IMG/VR virus record: IMGVR_UViG_3300033070_000479
Location: 15,986 to 79,985 of that record
DNA: 64,000 nt
Reading direction: 5' to 3' (one strand)
From: a virus
Taxonomy: Duplodnaviria > Caudoviricetes
Numbering within the stretch: the first letter of the stretch is position 1; every line of letters begins with the position of its first letter. Both the position numbers and the translations under genes were made by a program. This document shows, piece by piece, positions 1 through 9,826 of this stretch. Under the pieces are notes generated by a model that was not told where the DNA came from, searched no databases, and saw nothing but the letters and a program-made list of their open reading frames with translations.

Positions 1-729
1 GAAAGGCCTCACGCCGTGTACGACGGCTGCGGGGCTGGACGGTTCGCGTTCTTCACCTGCCCCGAGTGGCTTAACGCTTACGAGGCCTCGCCGCACATCA
101 TGGGCGGTCCGGCTCTAGGCGGAGTTCGCAGGGCAGCAGGAGACCCGGCCACTAAGAAGAAAGCCGCAGACGCCATAAAGCCGGTACGGGTGTGGGAGCC
201 TAACGACCCACTATTCGACGGTAACAACGATGAAGGCGGTCCTGTATTAACGGACGAAGAACAGGACAGGCAGATCGCTGCAAGTCGGCGAGACCTTCGG
301 TTGTCGATCGGCAGGTCTCTGGCCAAGACGCTGGCAGCCAGAGAGCACCTTAAAAAGCGTACTGCTACGCTGAGGACCAGGCCGCGCTTCGACATAGGGC
401 CCGGGTCTACGATCAAGGTAGAGGTTCCGGCCGACAGGGCTGAGGGCACCGCCACCGAGCGGTACCCGTCTTGGATTACAGGTACTGTAGTGCGAGTTAC
501 TATGGTACTATCGTCTGAGGCCGTCACAGCCTACTGCGCGTTCGAGCTTTCCGACGTGCGTACATCGGCGGACAGGGCGATGGACGCTGGCACTACACAA
601 GAGTCGCCACACGGTACGGTGTCCTCGGACGCCTACCACCCGTTCTGGTCGACAGAGTGGTACGGGTGCCCGTTGGCCGACTCTCAGTGGGTTAGAGACA
701 AACTGTGGGCGGGGGCTACCCTTGAGTGA
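1..729 (+). CDS. Partial ORF (open at left edge), probable tail/baseplate hub-type structural protein
   Basis: Frame has no stop from position 1 to TGA 727-729. Beta-rich C-terminal segment (GSTIKVEVP...ITGTVVRVTMVL) and position upstream of baseplate genes. Confidence 0.4.
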   Translation, partial: ERPHAVYDGCGAGRFAFFTCPEWLNAYEASPHIMGGPALGGVRRAAGDPATKKKAADAIKPVRVWEPNDPLFDGNNDEGGPVLTDEEQDRQIAASRRDLRLSIGRSLAKTLAAREHLKKRTATLRTRPRFDIGPGSTIKVEVPADRAEGTATERYPSWITGTVVRVTMVLSSEAVTAYCAFELSDVRTSADRAMDAGTTQESPHGTVSSDAYHPFWSTEWYGCPLADSQWVRDKLWAGATLE

Positions 730-1507
730 CCCTGGAAAGAAACACAAGCCGCTCTGGACTGACCCGGCCGTTACCGGAGTCAAGGCTCCGCCTATTACCC
801 CGGTTCACGAGGCTGACAGGGCGGCACACGACGCGGCTTTCAACTACGCCAAGATGCGCACCCCGGAAACTGCTGACGCGTTTCTAGGCGCCATCAACCC
901 TTGGATTGAGTCGGCTGTCAGAACTTACGGCGGTAAGGACGCACACCCAGTACTCAAGACCGAGGCCAAGCTTCTGGCGCTTAATGCCACGCCCAACTTC
1001 AAACCGGACTCTGGTGTTAAGCTGCGCACGTACCTCATGTCGCACTGGCAAGGGTTACGGCGTAAGTCCCCGAGACTCGATATCCCGGTATCGGTCCCTG
1101 AGCGTATCGGTATCGACGCCTCCCGCATACGCCGGCACGCCGAAGACCTGGAAGCGGACCTGGGCCGCCCACCGTCCGACCATGAACTAGCCGACCGCAC
1201 CGGTCTTCCCATGGACCGCATCGCCAAGGCTCGCAACGCCGGCCGTATACGTGTGGGCGCCGACCCGGATGATGACGTCCGCGAAGGGTTATCGGATAAG
1301 TTCAAAACGGCCTGGATGAACTTCATCCACGCGGACCTTAGTCCTCAGGATCAACTAGTGCTAGAGCACACAGTAGGCCTGAACAACAAAGAGAAGCTAA
1401 GTACGTCGCAACTTGCGACCATGCTTAAGGTTACGCCGGGGGCTATCAGCCAACGGCGTGAAAAGATTCAGAAGATGCTGGACGAGTACAAAGCCGTCAC
1501 GGAGTAA
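722..1507 (+). CDS. RNA polymerase sigma-70 family factor (FliA/SigF-like regions 2-4)
   Basis: Region 2-like INPWIESAVRTY...FKPDSGVKLRTY; region 3 PSDHELADRTGLPMDRI; region 4 HTH LSPQDQLVL...STSQLATMLKVTPGAISQRREKI. TTG start. Confidence 0.85.
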   Translation: MSDPGKKHKPLWTDPAVTGVKAPPITPVHEADRAAHDAAFNYAKMRTPETADAFLGAINPWIESAVRTYGGKDAHPVLKTEAKLLALNATPNFKPDSGVKLRTYLMSHWQGLRRKSPRLDIPVSVPERIGIDASRIRRHAEDLEADLGRPPSDHELADRTGLPMDRIAKARNAGRIRVGADPDDDVREGLSDKFKTAWMNFIHADLSPQDQLVLEHTVGLNNKEKLSTSQLATMLKVTPGAISQRREKIQKMLDEYKAVTE

Positions 1508-1513
1508 CCGGCC

Positions 1514-2005
1514 GTGGAAGACGACCCGCTGCTTGAGTTCAAGACACAGGTCGAAGCGTGGCAGACTGCTGCCGCCGCTAACGGCCTGGCGGCGCGTCTA
1601 CCCGGACTCGTGCGTAGGGAGTGGGTGCGGCCTGCAGGGCTAGACCCCGAGCTGCACGTGTCTGACCCTGAAAACGTCAAGACGGCGATAAGCCGCGAAA
1701 GCCTGAACGAGAGCTACCGGGTCGCGTATCTCACCGGCGGTCTTCCTAACGCCGGTCGTATCGGCGAGATCATGGCGTTTAAGACGGCAGTCGACTATCT
1801 GGGTTCCGCGGAAAGAGCCCTCCAGGCCAGGTACGCCGGTAAAGTCCGGTGCGCGTCTTGGGCTTCGGCCAGACGCCGCGGTCACGGAGACACCGAGTCT
1901 CTTGCCGGGTTCAGCGCGGCTCTCGAACACTGCCGACGCATTTTGGACGGCGCCACAGTAAACGACAACGCCCCGCCTACCGAAGACGGAGGCACCAGTG
2001 GCTGA
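1514..2005 (+). CDS. Hypothetical protein
   Basis: 163-aa ORF tiling between neighbours on the + strand. Confidence 0.55.
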   Translation: MEDDPLLEFKTQVEAWQTAAAANGLAARLPGLVRREWVRPAGLDPELHVSDPENVKTAISRESLNESYRVAYLTGGLPNAGRIGEIMAFKTAVDYLGSAERALQARYAGKVRCASWASARRRGHGDTESLAGFSAALEHCRRILDGATVNDNAPPTEDGGTSG

Positions 2006-2405
2006 TAAATTCGGGTTGGCGTTGTTTAAGCCGGACGGTACCCCGTCTCTGTCGGAGACAGGTCCGTTCGGGTATCCGGCCGCAGGTCCCGGCTGGGCGG
2101 CCACCGTCGTCGCTTACGAAGTGCTTACTCCGACCGGAAGCGTTCCCGGCAGGTCCACTGCCGGTACGTCGTTCTCCGACGACATAGCCGTGTCTAGGAC
2201 GCTGATCAAGGCGTCGGCTATTTCTGGGGCGGCTCTGGAGAAGGTTTGCGGTATCATAAGTAACGCCAAAGACTTTCCTTCCGGGTTGAAACCTAAGACG
2301 ATAGGTATCGGGTTTTCAGCCTCGGGGTTACTGGCGGTAGGCTATTCCGCCGCCAACGGCGGTCAGTGTGTCCGCGAGTTCCCACGAGAAACAAGTAATG
2401 GCTGA
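1998..2405 (+). CDS. Baseplate wedge gp25/W-like protein
   Basis: Small ORF with VLTPTGSVPGRSTAGTSF, resembling the gp25-family lLT.rGerp..PdfG motif; directly precedes a J-like gene. Confidence 0.5.
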   Translation: MADKFGLALFKPDGTPSLSETGPFGYPAAGPGWAATVVAYEVLTPTGSVPGRSTAGTSFSDDIAVSRTLIKASAISGAALEKVCGIISNAKDFPSGLKPKTIGIGFSASGLLAVGYSAANGGQCVREFPRETSNG

Positions 2406-4008
2406 CGCCATCACACTGGCCGACCTTCAGAGCGCCGCGCAGACGGACCCGCAAGGAGTCACTGACGCACGGGCAGACCTGGCCACGTTTCTCGAGTCTA
2501 CGCACCCCGGTCTTGTGGCGTCGTCCGGACCGGCGGCGGATCTCTTGCTGGGCCCCGCGTCAACGGTCCTGGCGGCGCAACGCGTCGTCAGTGCGGCCGT
2601 AGCCGCTTCTGCCGACCCGGCCACGGCTTTGGCTGCCGGAGTCAGCCCGTCTGCTTTGACCGACTCTCTTGCGGCTCTCGGTGTTACGCCTGCGACCGCC
2701 GCAGCCGCTACCGGAACAATCAAGATTACCGTCCCGACCAACACGGCCCCGTTCACGGTATCCACGTCGGTCAAGTTCGTAACGACGACAGGCGTCGAGT
2801 TTCGCCCGACGGCCTCGGTTAAGTTTGTCCGCCCTACGGACGACCCCAACCTGGGCACCCGGCTCACGGCCACTACGTACGGGTGGGTAGGCAGCATAGC
2901 CGTGACGGCTAAGAACACGGGGTCTGCCGGTAATATCGCAGTCGGTACCGGGCTCGTTATCTCCGGCTTAAGTGTGTCTTCTGCGGCTGCCGAAGCTTCC
3001 GATACCTTTGCCGGAGGCAGGTCGGATGAGACGTCGGCCGAGGTCCTGGCCAGGTTACCGGCCCCGGGAGAGGCCAGAACTGCCGCAACAGCGGCCGGTA
3101 TACGGTCGCTGATCACCGAGGCTGTTCCGGGTTCCACGGTTACTGTGGTCGGATACGGCCACGTGTCCTCGTACAGGGGTCGGCTCGGCGTCGGAATCAA
3201 GGCCCCGGGTAGAGTAGACGCGCGCGTAAGAAAGACGGGCGGGTTGGAGCTCAAGACCGTAACTCTTACCGCGGTCTACAACGGTACTAGTAGCGGCATA
3301 ACGCAGTGGACGGCGTACACGACGACCGCAGACGTTGAAGCCCCGGCGTTTGTTTTCAGGGTGTGGAAAGCCGGCACAGTCCCGACTGCTACGAACTCAT
3401 TCGCCATAACAAACAGGTACCGCGGTTACGATTCGACTAAAGTCCCAACGGGCGCAGACGTTAAGGATTACCGCGACGCCGCTTTTACGGTAGCCGGTAC
3501 AGTCGGTGTGCAGTTCCTGGACCCGACTACGTCGTCTGGCGGCCTAACGGCAGGCGTATCGACAAAGTCCTACGCCGTCACAGTCGCGTACTTCCCTGCA
3601 GTACCGATCGGGCAAACGGCCGTATCTGGCGACGCAGCGCCTGCGTCTGGGGACTGCCTGGTGATGGGGCCTACGCCTGTGGTAGTCAGTGCCAGCGTCA
3701 ACATCATAGTGTCCCCTGGATCTACTGTAGACTTACCGGCAATCGAAGCGTCTGTGGCCTCCGCCATTAACGCTACGGGCATACGCCGCCTTCTCACTGT
3801 GGCCGCGGCGACGTCCGGAGTCGGCGGGTCTACCTTTGGTGTATCATCGGCTACGCTCTCCGGGTCTGTGTACAGGCCGGATAACGTGGTTCAGAGTTTA
3901 TCGGCGTCTACCACGCTAGACCCTGGCGTAACAGCCTCTAGCGGGGTTGGGGATCTGTGCACCGCGTTCTTCTGTAGTCCCGACGACGTAACGGTCACGG
4001 TGGTATAG
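2398..4008 (+). CDS. Baseplate J-like (wedge) protein
   Basis: ATG 2398. ATGTIKITV, VTTTGVEF, AVTAKNTGSAGNI, FAGGRSDETSAEVLARL are characteristic baseplate-J segments. Confidence 0.8.
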   Translation: MADAITLADLQSAAQTDPQGVTDARADLATFLESTHPGLVASSGPAADLLLGPASTVLAAQRVVSAAVAASADPATALAAGVSPSALTDSLAALGVTPATAAAATGTIKITVPTNTAPFTVSTSVKFVTTTGVEFRPTASVKFVRPTDDPNLGTRLTATTYGWVGSIAVTAKNTGSAGNIAVGTGLVISGLSVSSAAAEASDTFAGGRSDETSAEVLARLPAPGEARTAATAAGIRSLITEAVPGSTVTVVGYGHVSSYRGRLGVGIKAPGRVDARVRKTGGLELKTVTLTAVYNGTSSGITQWTAYTTTADVEAPAFVFRVWKAGTVPTATNSFAITNRYRGYDSTKVPTGADVKDYRDAAFTVAGTVGVQFLDPTTSSGGLTAGVSTKSYAVTVAYFPAVPIGQTAVSGDAAPASGDCLVMGPTPVVVSASVNIIVSPGSTVDLPAIEASVASAINATGIRRLLTVAAATSGVGGSTFGVSSATLSGSVYRPDNVVQSLSASTTLDPGVTASSGVGDLCTAFFCSPDDVTVTVV

Positions 4009-4010
4009 CC

Positions 4011-5021
4011 TTGGCCCCACTCATCACAAAACCTGTGGACTTGTGCGGCGGCTACTGGGCCAGGCACTATCCTTCTCGCGTACCCGGGACGTGGGCTTCC
4101 TCGCTGGCAGCCGCCGCGTCGTGGCCGTACAGAAAGCACGGCTTAGTCGCCGGCTGCGATTTCACAGCCGGGGCTAGTACGACAGGCCCGGTACTGGTTC
4201 GCGGCTTGGATTTTGAGTCTGTTGACGAGGTGATAGGCGTATATCCCGAAGTCCCGTCTGGAACAGCGGTGTGGTCTTACACGAACCCGGCCGTAGTTGC
4301 CGCGGCTCACCAGCCAGGGTCGTACTTGTACCTGGTGGACGCAGTCGTACGGTTTACCGGGTCTCCTGCGTTCCAGCGTGACGGAGTTGTCCAGTACGTC
4401 CAGGACACGTGGCGCGGGACATGCGTCGCCACGGACTCCGAGGTACTGTGTATAGGTCCCGATGAAACGACGTCCTTAGAAGTAGGGGACGCCGTGAAGG
4501 CCGGAGACCCGGCCGGGTCTGCCTGGTCTCTGATACGCATGGGACCTGTAGGAGTTACCGGAGACAGGGTCGTTGTTCCGCCTTCCGCGCTAGAAGGAGT
4601 CACAGCGGCTGACCTGGTGTTTCACAACTCGGTAGTGTCCACCATCAAGGACACGTCCTTGGGGTACACCAGAGTACGATTCCCCATCGGCGGATCTGCC
4701 TCAGACGTTCAGGCGTTTTGGACGGCGTCGGAAGCGCGGGCTTTGCAGACCGGCTACGGTATGGCCAACATGCTGGACACCAGGACGTCTCCGTACGGCC
4801 CTCCGTCGGCGTACGACGTAGTGTCCTCCGTTAACCCGGCACTGCTGGTGTGTGAAAAGCTCATCTACGGACAGGCGTACCAGTTAGTAACCTACAGTTC
4901 TCAATTCGGCCCTGACGCCGACTCTACCGCTCTAAATGACTATGTTGCAGGACCTTACGCCTCTGTCTTCGTGTTTGACGGGGGTCTCCCGTCGACAGCC
5001 AACTACCTCTACGCGTTCTAA
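4011..5021 (+). CDS. Putative baseplate/tail structural protein
   Basis: 336-aa ORF immediately after the J-like gene; assignment by synteny only. Confidence 0.45.
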   Translation: MAPLITKPVDLCGGYWARHYPSRVPGTWASSLAAAASWPYRKHGLVAGCDFTAGASTTGPVLVRGLDFESVDEVIGVYPEVPSGTAVWSYTNPAVVAAAHQPGSYLYLVDAVVRFTGSPAFQRDGVVQYVQDTWRGTCVATDSEVLCIGPDETTSLEVGDAVKAGDPAGSAWSLIRMGPVGVTGDRVVVPPSALEGVTAADLVFHNSVVSTIKDTSLGYTRVRFPIGGSASDVQAFWTASEARALQTGYGMANMLDTRTSPYGPPSAYDVVSSVNPALLVCEKLIYGQAYQLVTYSSQFGPDADSTALNDYVAGPYASVFVFDGGLPSTANYLYAF

Positions 5022-5030
5022 GGTGATCAC

Positions 5031-5261
5031 TTGAGCCTACAGGATGTTCTTCGCATTAAGCTCTCCAAGCGCGTCCAAAACGTCGCCGTGTCGGTGACCC
5101 CTAATGACGCGGGATTTAACGAGGTCACTGTGACAGCGGTATGGGGTCACAGAGTATCCCCCGCAGACAGGCAGCACCTGGTATATGAAGTTCTGAGTGA
5201 CGTAGCGGATGAAGCCTTGCTGGCCAGGATTTCTGCAATAAACTGTGTGGACAGGAGTTAG
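5031..5261 (+). CDS. Hypothetical protein
   Basis: 76-aa ORF filling the gap with tight spacing. Confidence 0.45.
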   Translation: MSLQDVLRIKLSKRVQNVAVSVTPNDAGFNEVTVTAVWGHRVSPADRQHLVYEVLSDVADEALLARISAINCVDRS

Positions 5262-5263
5262 CC

Positions 5264-7162
5264 TTGTCAGTCGTCGCCACAACTAACCCGTGCGCGTGCC
5301 CGGACCCTAATTGGGACGACGAGCCGGTGCTCGACCCGCCAGTGCCTCCGCCGGCGGAAGAGAGTTACTCGGTCTCAGATCCGACTTGCTACGGATTTTG
5401 TCAGTGGCAGCTGGAGGATGATGGTAATCTGGTGCTTCTGACTCCGAATGCGTGTGGTTCCGGCTGCGGGTGCTCCGAACCGTGTAGTTGTCCGGCAGAA
5501 GCTACCGTCGGATCTATCATTTCTAGCCGCTGCTCGGTAAATCCGTCTAAGGTAGACAAAATCTCATGCGCCTCTCTGACGTCAACTACCACTACTGCAG
5601 ACCCTAACTCTACAACCACCGTAGACCCAAATGCCGACGGCTGCTGCACGAGGACTTTAACTTACTACACCGTCTCCGATGCTCAAATTATTTGTAACCC
5701 ATCTCCGTACGACATACCGGGAACAAACCGTATATGGCTGAGCGAGAAACTCGAACCAAATACAGAGCAGTGTGCTCAACTTTTTAGGATGTACGGAGTT
5801 TACGGGGCGGGCTTCGGCGAGCAAACTCCCGAGTCAGCTGCATGCTCGACTGTTCGAGAAGTACGAAACACGCAAACATCGGTAGGATGTGGAGGTACGA
5901 TCACGACTACGTTGTGCGCCGAGTTGCCTAAGTGCAGCGGCTCGTGCGCGTACGTTACCCTATTAAATACTGATACTGACGAACTAGAGTGGTTTAGAGG
6001 GTGCAGCACCTGCTGCGAAGAGACAAGTGACTACGGGGATAAATGTAACTGCGATGTGCCGCTAAATCCCCCCGTCAGTCTTTGCTCCGCGGCCATAACT
6101 AGGTGCGGCGATGATCGCGGAAGCGGTAACTGCACCGGCACCTGCTTATTTCAGTACGACAAGCCAGGCGGCGGATGGGAGTACGTATCGTCACAGTGTC
6201 CCGGGTGCTCTTGTTCTCCGCCAGACTGGTCGGACATACCTGACACTGACGGAGAGTATCGTTGCACACCGTGCCTGGTCCCTAACGACCCGCCAACGTC
6301 TTCCACGACTACTGAGAGCCCATGCCCGTGCAGCGACTACTGCACGTGGCGCAAAGAAGACTCCGGCTGGACGCAGACCGTCGACTGCGTACTAGGGTGC
6401 TGCTCGTGCCAACAGCCGGTGTTTATTGAGGGCCTGCCGGACGGCACCTTGGCCCAGACGCCGTGCGTGGACTCTAGCCTACCGACAACGACGTCGACCA
6501 CTACCACGACCTCAGGGCCGTGCATCAACCTGTGCGAAGTCAAGTACCAGACCGCAACGGTCTCGGGTGTAACCGGGTGCTTCTTAACCCGAGTTACTGG
6601 ATCGGACGGGTGCTCGACCCCGTGTCAGTGCCCCGGCAGAACTCTCACAGCGCCGGATACAAATCTTGTAGCTACCGGGTCTTGCCCGGCTCCGCTGGAA
6701 GGCGCTACGGCCTGGGTGCCGTGCGAGCCGGAACCGACCACGACAACGACGACTACCACGACGACTACGACCACGGCCGCCCCAGTGTTCTCATGCGTGT
6801 GCTGCCCTCCGTCCGGAGGTGGTAACGGGTTCACGTCGAGAGCATGTATGTCCGGGTCTCAGACGTTCTGGGAAGGCCTCGGATGCACGGTGTTCGGTGA
6901 GTACTCGTCCTCTGGGGCCTGCACGTCTGCGTGCGTCGGCCCGGACTGCAGATGGGGCGGGTACCACTGCCGCAAGTATCCGAGCATTACCGGGCCGGCT
7001 GGTCCGAAAGTGTGTACGTGCGTGCCGGAAGAGACTGTCGGCGGCCTAGGGTTGTGCGCGGCGCCGTTCGCAGACTTGGCTTCGTGCCTAGCCGCTAACT
7101 GCGGGTCGATCACGCCCACTACGGCCGGGCCTACGACGGAGCCGCCGTTGGGCGGGGACTAA
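5264..7162 (+). CDS. Cys-rich repeat protein with Thr-rich (mucin-like) linkers; putative tail fibre or virion surface protein
   Basis: About 64 Cys in 632 aa (manual count), about 5 copies of a C-x3-C...C-x-C-x2-P module, poly-Thr linkers; last gene of the baseplate block. Confidence 0.65.
   Translation: MSVVATTNPCACPDPNWDDEPVLDPPVPPPAEESYSVSDPTCYGFCQWQLEDDGNLVLLTPNACGSGCGCSEPCSCPAEATVGSIISSRCSVNPSKVDKISCASLTSTTTTADPNSTTTVDPNADGCCTRTLTYYTVSDAQIICNPSPYDIPGTNRIWLSEKLEPNTEQCAQLFRMYGVYGAGFGEQTPESAACSTVREVRNTQTSVGCGGTITTTLCAELPKCSGSCAYVTLLNTDTDELEWFRGCSTCCEETSDYGDKCNCDVPLNPPVSLCSAAITRCGDDRGSGNCTGTCLFQYDKPGGGWEYVSSQCPGCSCSPPDWSDIPDTDGEYRCTPCLVPNDPPTSSTTTESPCPCSDYCTWRKEDSGWTQTVDCVLGCCSCQQPVFIEGLPDGTLAQTPCVDSSLPTTTSTTTTTSGPCINLCEVKYQTATVSGVTGCFLTRVTGSDGCSTPCQCPGRTLTAPDTNLVATGSCPAPLEGATAWVPCEPEPTTTTTTTTTTTTTAAPVFSCVCCPPSGGGNGFTSRACMSGSQTFWEGLGCTVFGEYSSSGACTSACVGPDCRWGGYHCRKYPSITGPAGPKVCTCVPEETVGGLGLCAAPFADLASCLAANCGSITPTTAGPTTEPPLGGD
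6737..6775 (+). repeat. Coding ACN trinucleotide tract (13 consecutive Thr codons)
   Basis: accacgacaacgacgactaccacgacgactacgaccacg, with varied synonymous third positions. Confidence 0.9.
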
Positions 7163-7175
7163 ACAGGAGACTCTC

Positions 7176-8987
7176 ATGGACCGTGACTTTACTGTCGGCA
7201 TGGCGTGCTTCAACGACTTTGACGGCGTCTACTTCACAGTAGAGGCTCTGAAAGTGTTTCACGCCGACAGGGTGGCGCAGATCATCGTCGTTGACGACTC
7301 GCCCGAAGGCCCGGTCCAAGAACGGACCATGAAGTGGTGCCGTAGGCTGTCCAACGTGCTCTACGTCCGGTCTCACGTACACGGCACCTCGGCCCCGCGT
7401 AACCGGGTGTTTGCGGAGGCTACGTCTGAGAAGGTTGTGTGCATCGACTCACACGTCCTGATACACCCCGGGTCGTTTTCTGCCCTGGACGACTTCTGGG
7501 CCGTTACTGCCGGCCACGGTATCCGCCTAGCTCACGGCGTCTTGATGGAGGACGACAACCGGGTTCCGCTGTCGTCGTTCCGAGACGAGTGGGGCGACGA
7601 CCTGATGCACGGGAAGTGGCACACAGACACAGCACAGTTTCCTCTGACTAACCTACGCGTGCCCGGTACCGCGGCGTACGCGTCCGATGACCTCGGACGT
7701 CCGGTCGCCGCCAAGCCGTGGATCGACGTGTGGTCGCAGGGGCTGGGCGGGTTCGCCTGCCTTAGGGACGAGTGGCCGGGCTTCCACCCGGGGTTTTCCC
7801 AGTTCGGCGGAGAAGAGGGCTACATTGACGACAAGTTCAGGCGTATGGGCGGGATGGCGGTATCCGTATCCGGGTTCCGGTGGACTCACCGATTTCATGA
7901 CCAGGACGTCAAAACACCGGCCTCCTCCTATTCGAGATCTACTGTCGCAAAGTTCCGGAACTACGTACTCGGACGTCGAGACAATTTACTACAGACTGCT
8001 GATGTCACGGCGGCTTACGCCGGTAAAGGACACCCCGCCGAGAGGTGGGCGTCCGACGTAGAGACGGAAGTAAATGCTAAGCCGTCGAAGACGCAAGGCT
8101 CAGTCACCGTCTCCGCCCCTGCCCCCGCCAAGAAGTGCGGAGGGTGCGGAGCGGGTGGGTCCAAGGAGGTTGCCGAAAAGTGGGCTGAGGTCATGTCCCG
8201 CAACGCGGAGTTGCGGGCCATGATCGAATCCGTGAAATCGATAGCCGCAGGAAAACACGTGTGGGTAGGGCCTGAGGCGTACGCAGGCGTCCTGGAGTCG
8301 TCGGCGTGCGTGGCGGCAGTGGCGGCAGGCGCCGCGTCGGTAACCCTGTGTGTGCCGAAACAGGACGATACGACTAAGAACTGGGTTCAGTCCGTCACGT
8401 CCATGCTGTCCGACAAGGTGTCTGTGTCGAGCCGAGACATGTGGCCAGGTCAGGCGATCGTGCTGTCCCCCGTAGGACTCCCTGGCGCCGTAAAGGAGTA
8501 CACGCACGAGATCTCTAAGGTGGGGTCGTCGTGGGTCGTGTCGACGCGCGCCGCAGAGCCGAAGAGGATTCCGCTGCCGGTAACCAACGCGGCCGCAGTC
8601 GCCGCACAATATCCGGATCACGCTGTCGTGAAGTCCGCCACCGGAAAACCGGAATTGGCTCCGGTGTGGGAACTGGACCCGTCCGTCAAGGTACTGCCGG
8701 GTCGCGGCCGCATGGCGCTCAACTACTTGAAGTTTCTGACGTCGGATAAAGAGCAGGCCACCCCGGAAGTCGCCAAAGAGCGCATGGACAAGTGCTGGAC
8801 GTGCCCGAACCGTAAGCCGGTGCTGTACCCGGACCGCAACTGGTACCAGCGGTGTACGGATACGGAAGAAGCTAAGGGGTGCGGCTGCTTCCTGGACTGG
8901 TCTCCGCCTAACCCCAACAACAACACGCAGCCCGAGCCGGGTAAGGTGGCTTACGCCGACCAGGCCTGCCCGCGCGGATTTTGGTAG
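7176..8987 (+). CDS. Multidomain GT-A glycosyltransferase with DxH motif and C-terminal Cys-cluster domain
   Basis: IIVVDDSP, GTSAPRNRVF, VVCIDSHVL, GLGGFAC...FGGEEGY...MGG; C-terminal ERMDKCWTC...GCGCF...CPRGFW. AACAGGAG RBS upstream. Confidence 0.8.
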   Translation: MDRDFTVGMACFNDFDGVYFTVEALKVFHADRVAQIIVVDDSPEGPVQERTMKWCRRLSNVLYVRSHVHGTSAPRNRVFAEATSEKVVCIDSHVLIHPGSFSALDDFWAVTAGHGIRLAHGVLMEDDNRVPLSSFRDEWGDDLMHGKWHTDTAQFPLTNLRVPGTAAYASDDLGRPVAAKPWIDVWSQGLGGFACLRDEWPGFHPGFSQFGGEEGYIDDKFRRMGGMAVSVSGFRWTHRFHDQDVKTPASSYSRSTVAKFRNYVLGRRDNLLQTADVTAAYAGKGHPAERWASDVETEVNAKPSKTQGSVTVSAPAPAKKCGGCGAGGSKEVAEKWAEVMSRNAELRAMIESVKSIAAGKHVWVGPEAYAGVLESSACVAAVAAGAASVTLCVPKQDDTTKNWVQSVTSMLSDKVSVSSRDMWPGQAIVLSPVGLPGAVKEYTHEISKVGSSWVVSTRAAEPKRIPLPVTNAAAVAAQYPDHAVVKSATGKPELAPVWELDPSVKVLPGRGRMALNYLKFLTSDKEQATPEVAKERMDKCWTCPNRKPVLYPDRNWYQRCTDTEEAKGCGCFLDWSPPNPNNNTQPEPGKVAYADQACPRGFW

Positions 8988-9010
8988 ACACACGCTAACA
9001 GGAGTTTCCA

Positions 9011-9826
9011 ATGGCTACGCCTCTAGTGACCGCCATGTGCCCTACGTTCGGTAGACTCCCGAAACACAGGCACTTGCTGTGTCAGTCGGTATGGTGCTTT
9101 ACGCAGCAGGATTACCCCAACAAAGAGATGGTGATCCTGAACGACGCGCCGAATCAGACGATAGGTTGTACGGTTCCAGGCGTGCGCGTCATTAACTGCC
9201 CGTCGCGGTACAAGAGTCTAGGCGAAAAGCGCAACGCCCTCCTGGCCCACGCACGGGGCGAAATACTGTTGCCGTGGGACGACGACGATATCCACCTATC
9301 GGGCCGGATGTCGCAGGCGGTAACTATGCTGGACGGGTTCGAATACTGGAACCCTCAGGCTTCGTGGTACATGAACCCTGTCGAGACGGGCGGGGCGTTG
9401 TCTCACACCCACAACCACGGCGTGTGCCACAACGCTTCTGCTTTTCGAGCCGGGGCGGTATGGTATGACCCGGTGTCCGGCGGAGAAGACCGTAAAGCCG
9501 ACCTGCGGGCCAAGGCAAGTAAAAAGACGAACCACCGGAACCTCGTGAGCGACCCGGCGTCGTGGGAGTACATCTACCGGTTCGGGGTCGGCAAACATAT
9601 CTCGTCCGTCGCTGAAGATAGGTCACAGGAGGAGTACGACCGACGTACCGCTACGCCGGGTTTGTTTTACATCAGCCCCGAGGAGCCTCCTGAGTTCAAA
9701 GAGTGGATGAAGCAGCGGAGTGCCGCCCTGGGGCCGTCCATTCAGATAAGCCACACGTCAACGCCTGGGCCGGAGATGCGGAAGCCGACCTTCCTAGAAC
9801 GACTTCTGGGGGTATGGACGCGATGA
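9011..9826 (+). CDS. Glycosyltransferase family 2
   Basis: CPTFGR, QQDYPNKEMVILND, LGEKRN, LLPWDDDDIHL motifs. AACAGGAG RBS upstream. Confidence 0.85.
   Translation: MATPLVTAMCPTFGRLPKHRHLLCQSVWCFTQQDYPNKEMVILNDAPNQTIGCTVPGVRVINCPSRYKSLGEKRNALLAHARGEILLPWDDDDIHLSGRMSQAVTMLDGFEYWNPQASWYMNPVETGGALSHTHNHGVCHNASAFRAGAVWYDPVSGGEDRKADLRAKASKKTNHRNLVSDPASWEYIYRFGVGKHISSVAEDRSQEEYDRRTATPGLFYISPEEPPEFKEWMKQRSAALGPSIQISHTSTPGPEMRKPTFLERLLGVWTR

Noticed and set aside
6460-6790. Repetitive acg/acc tracts as a CRISPR array or VNTR
   Set aside because: In-frame Thr codons with varied third positions; no repeat-spacer periodicity.
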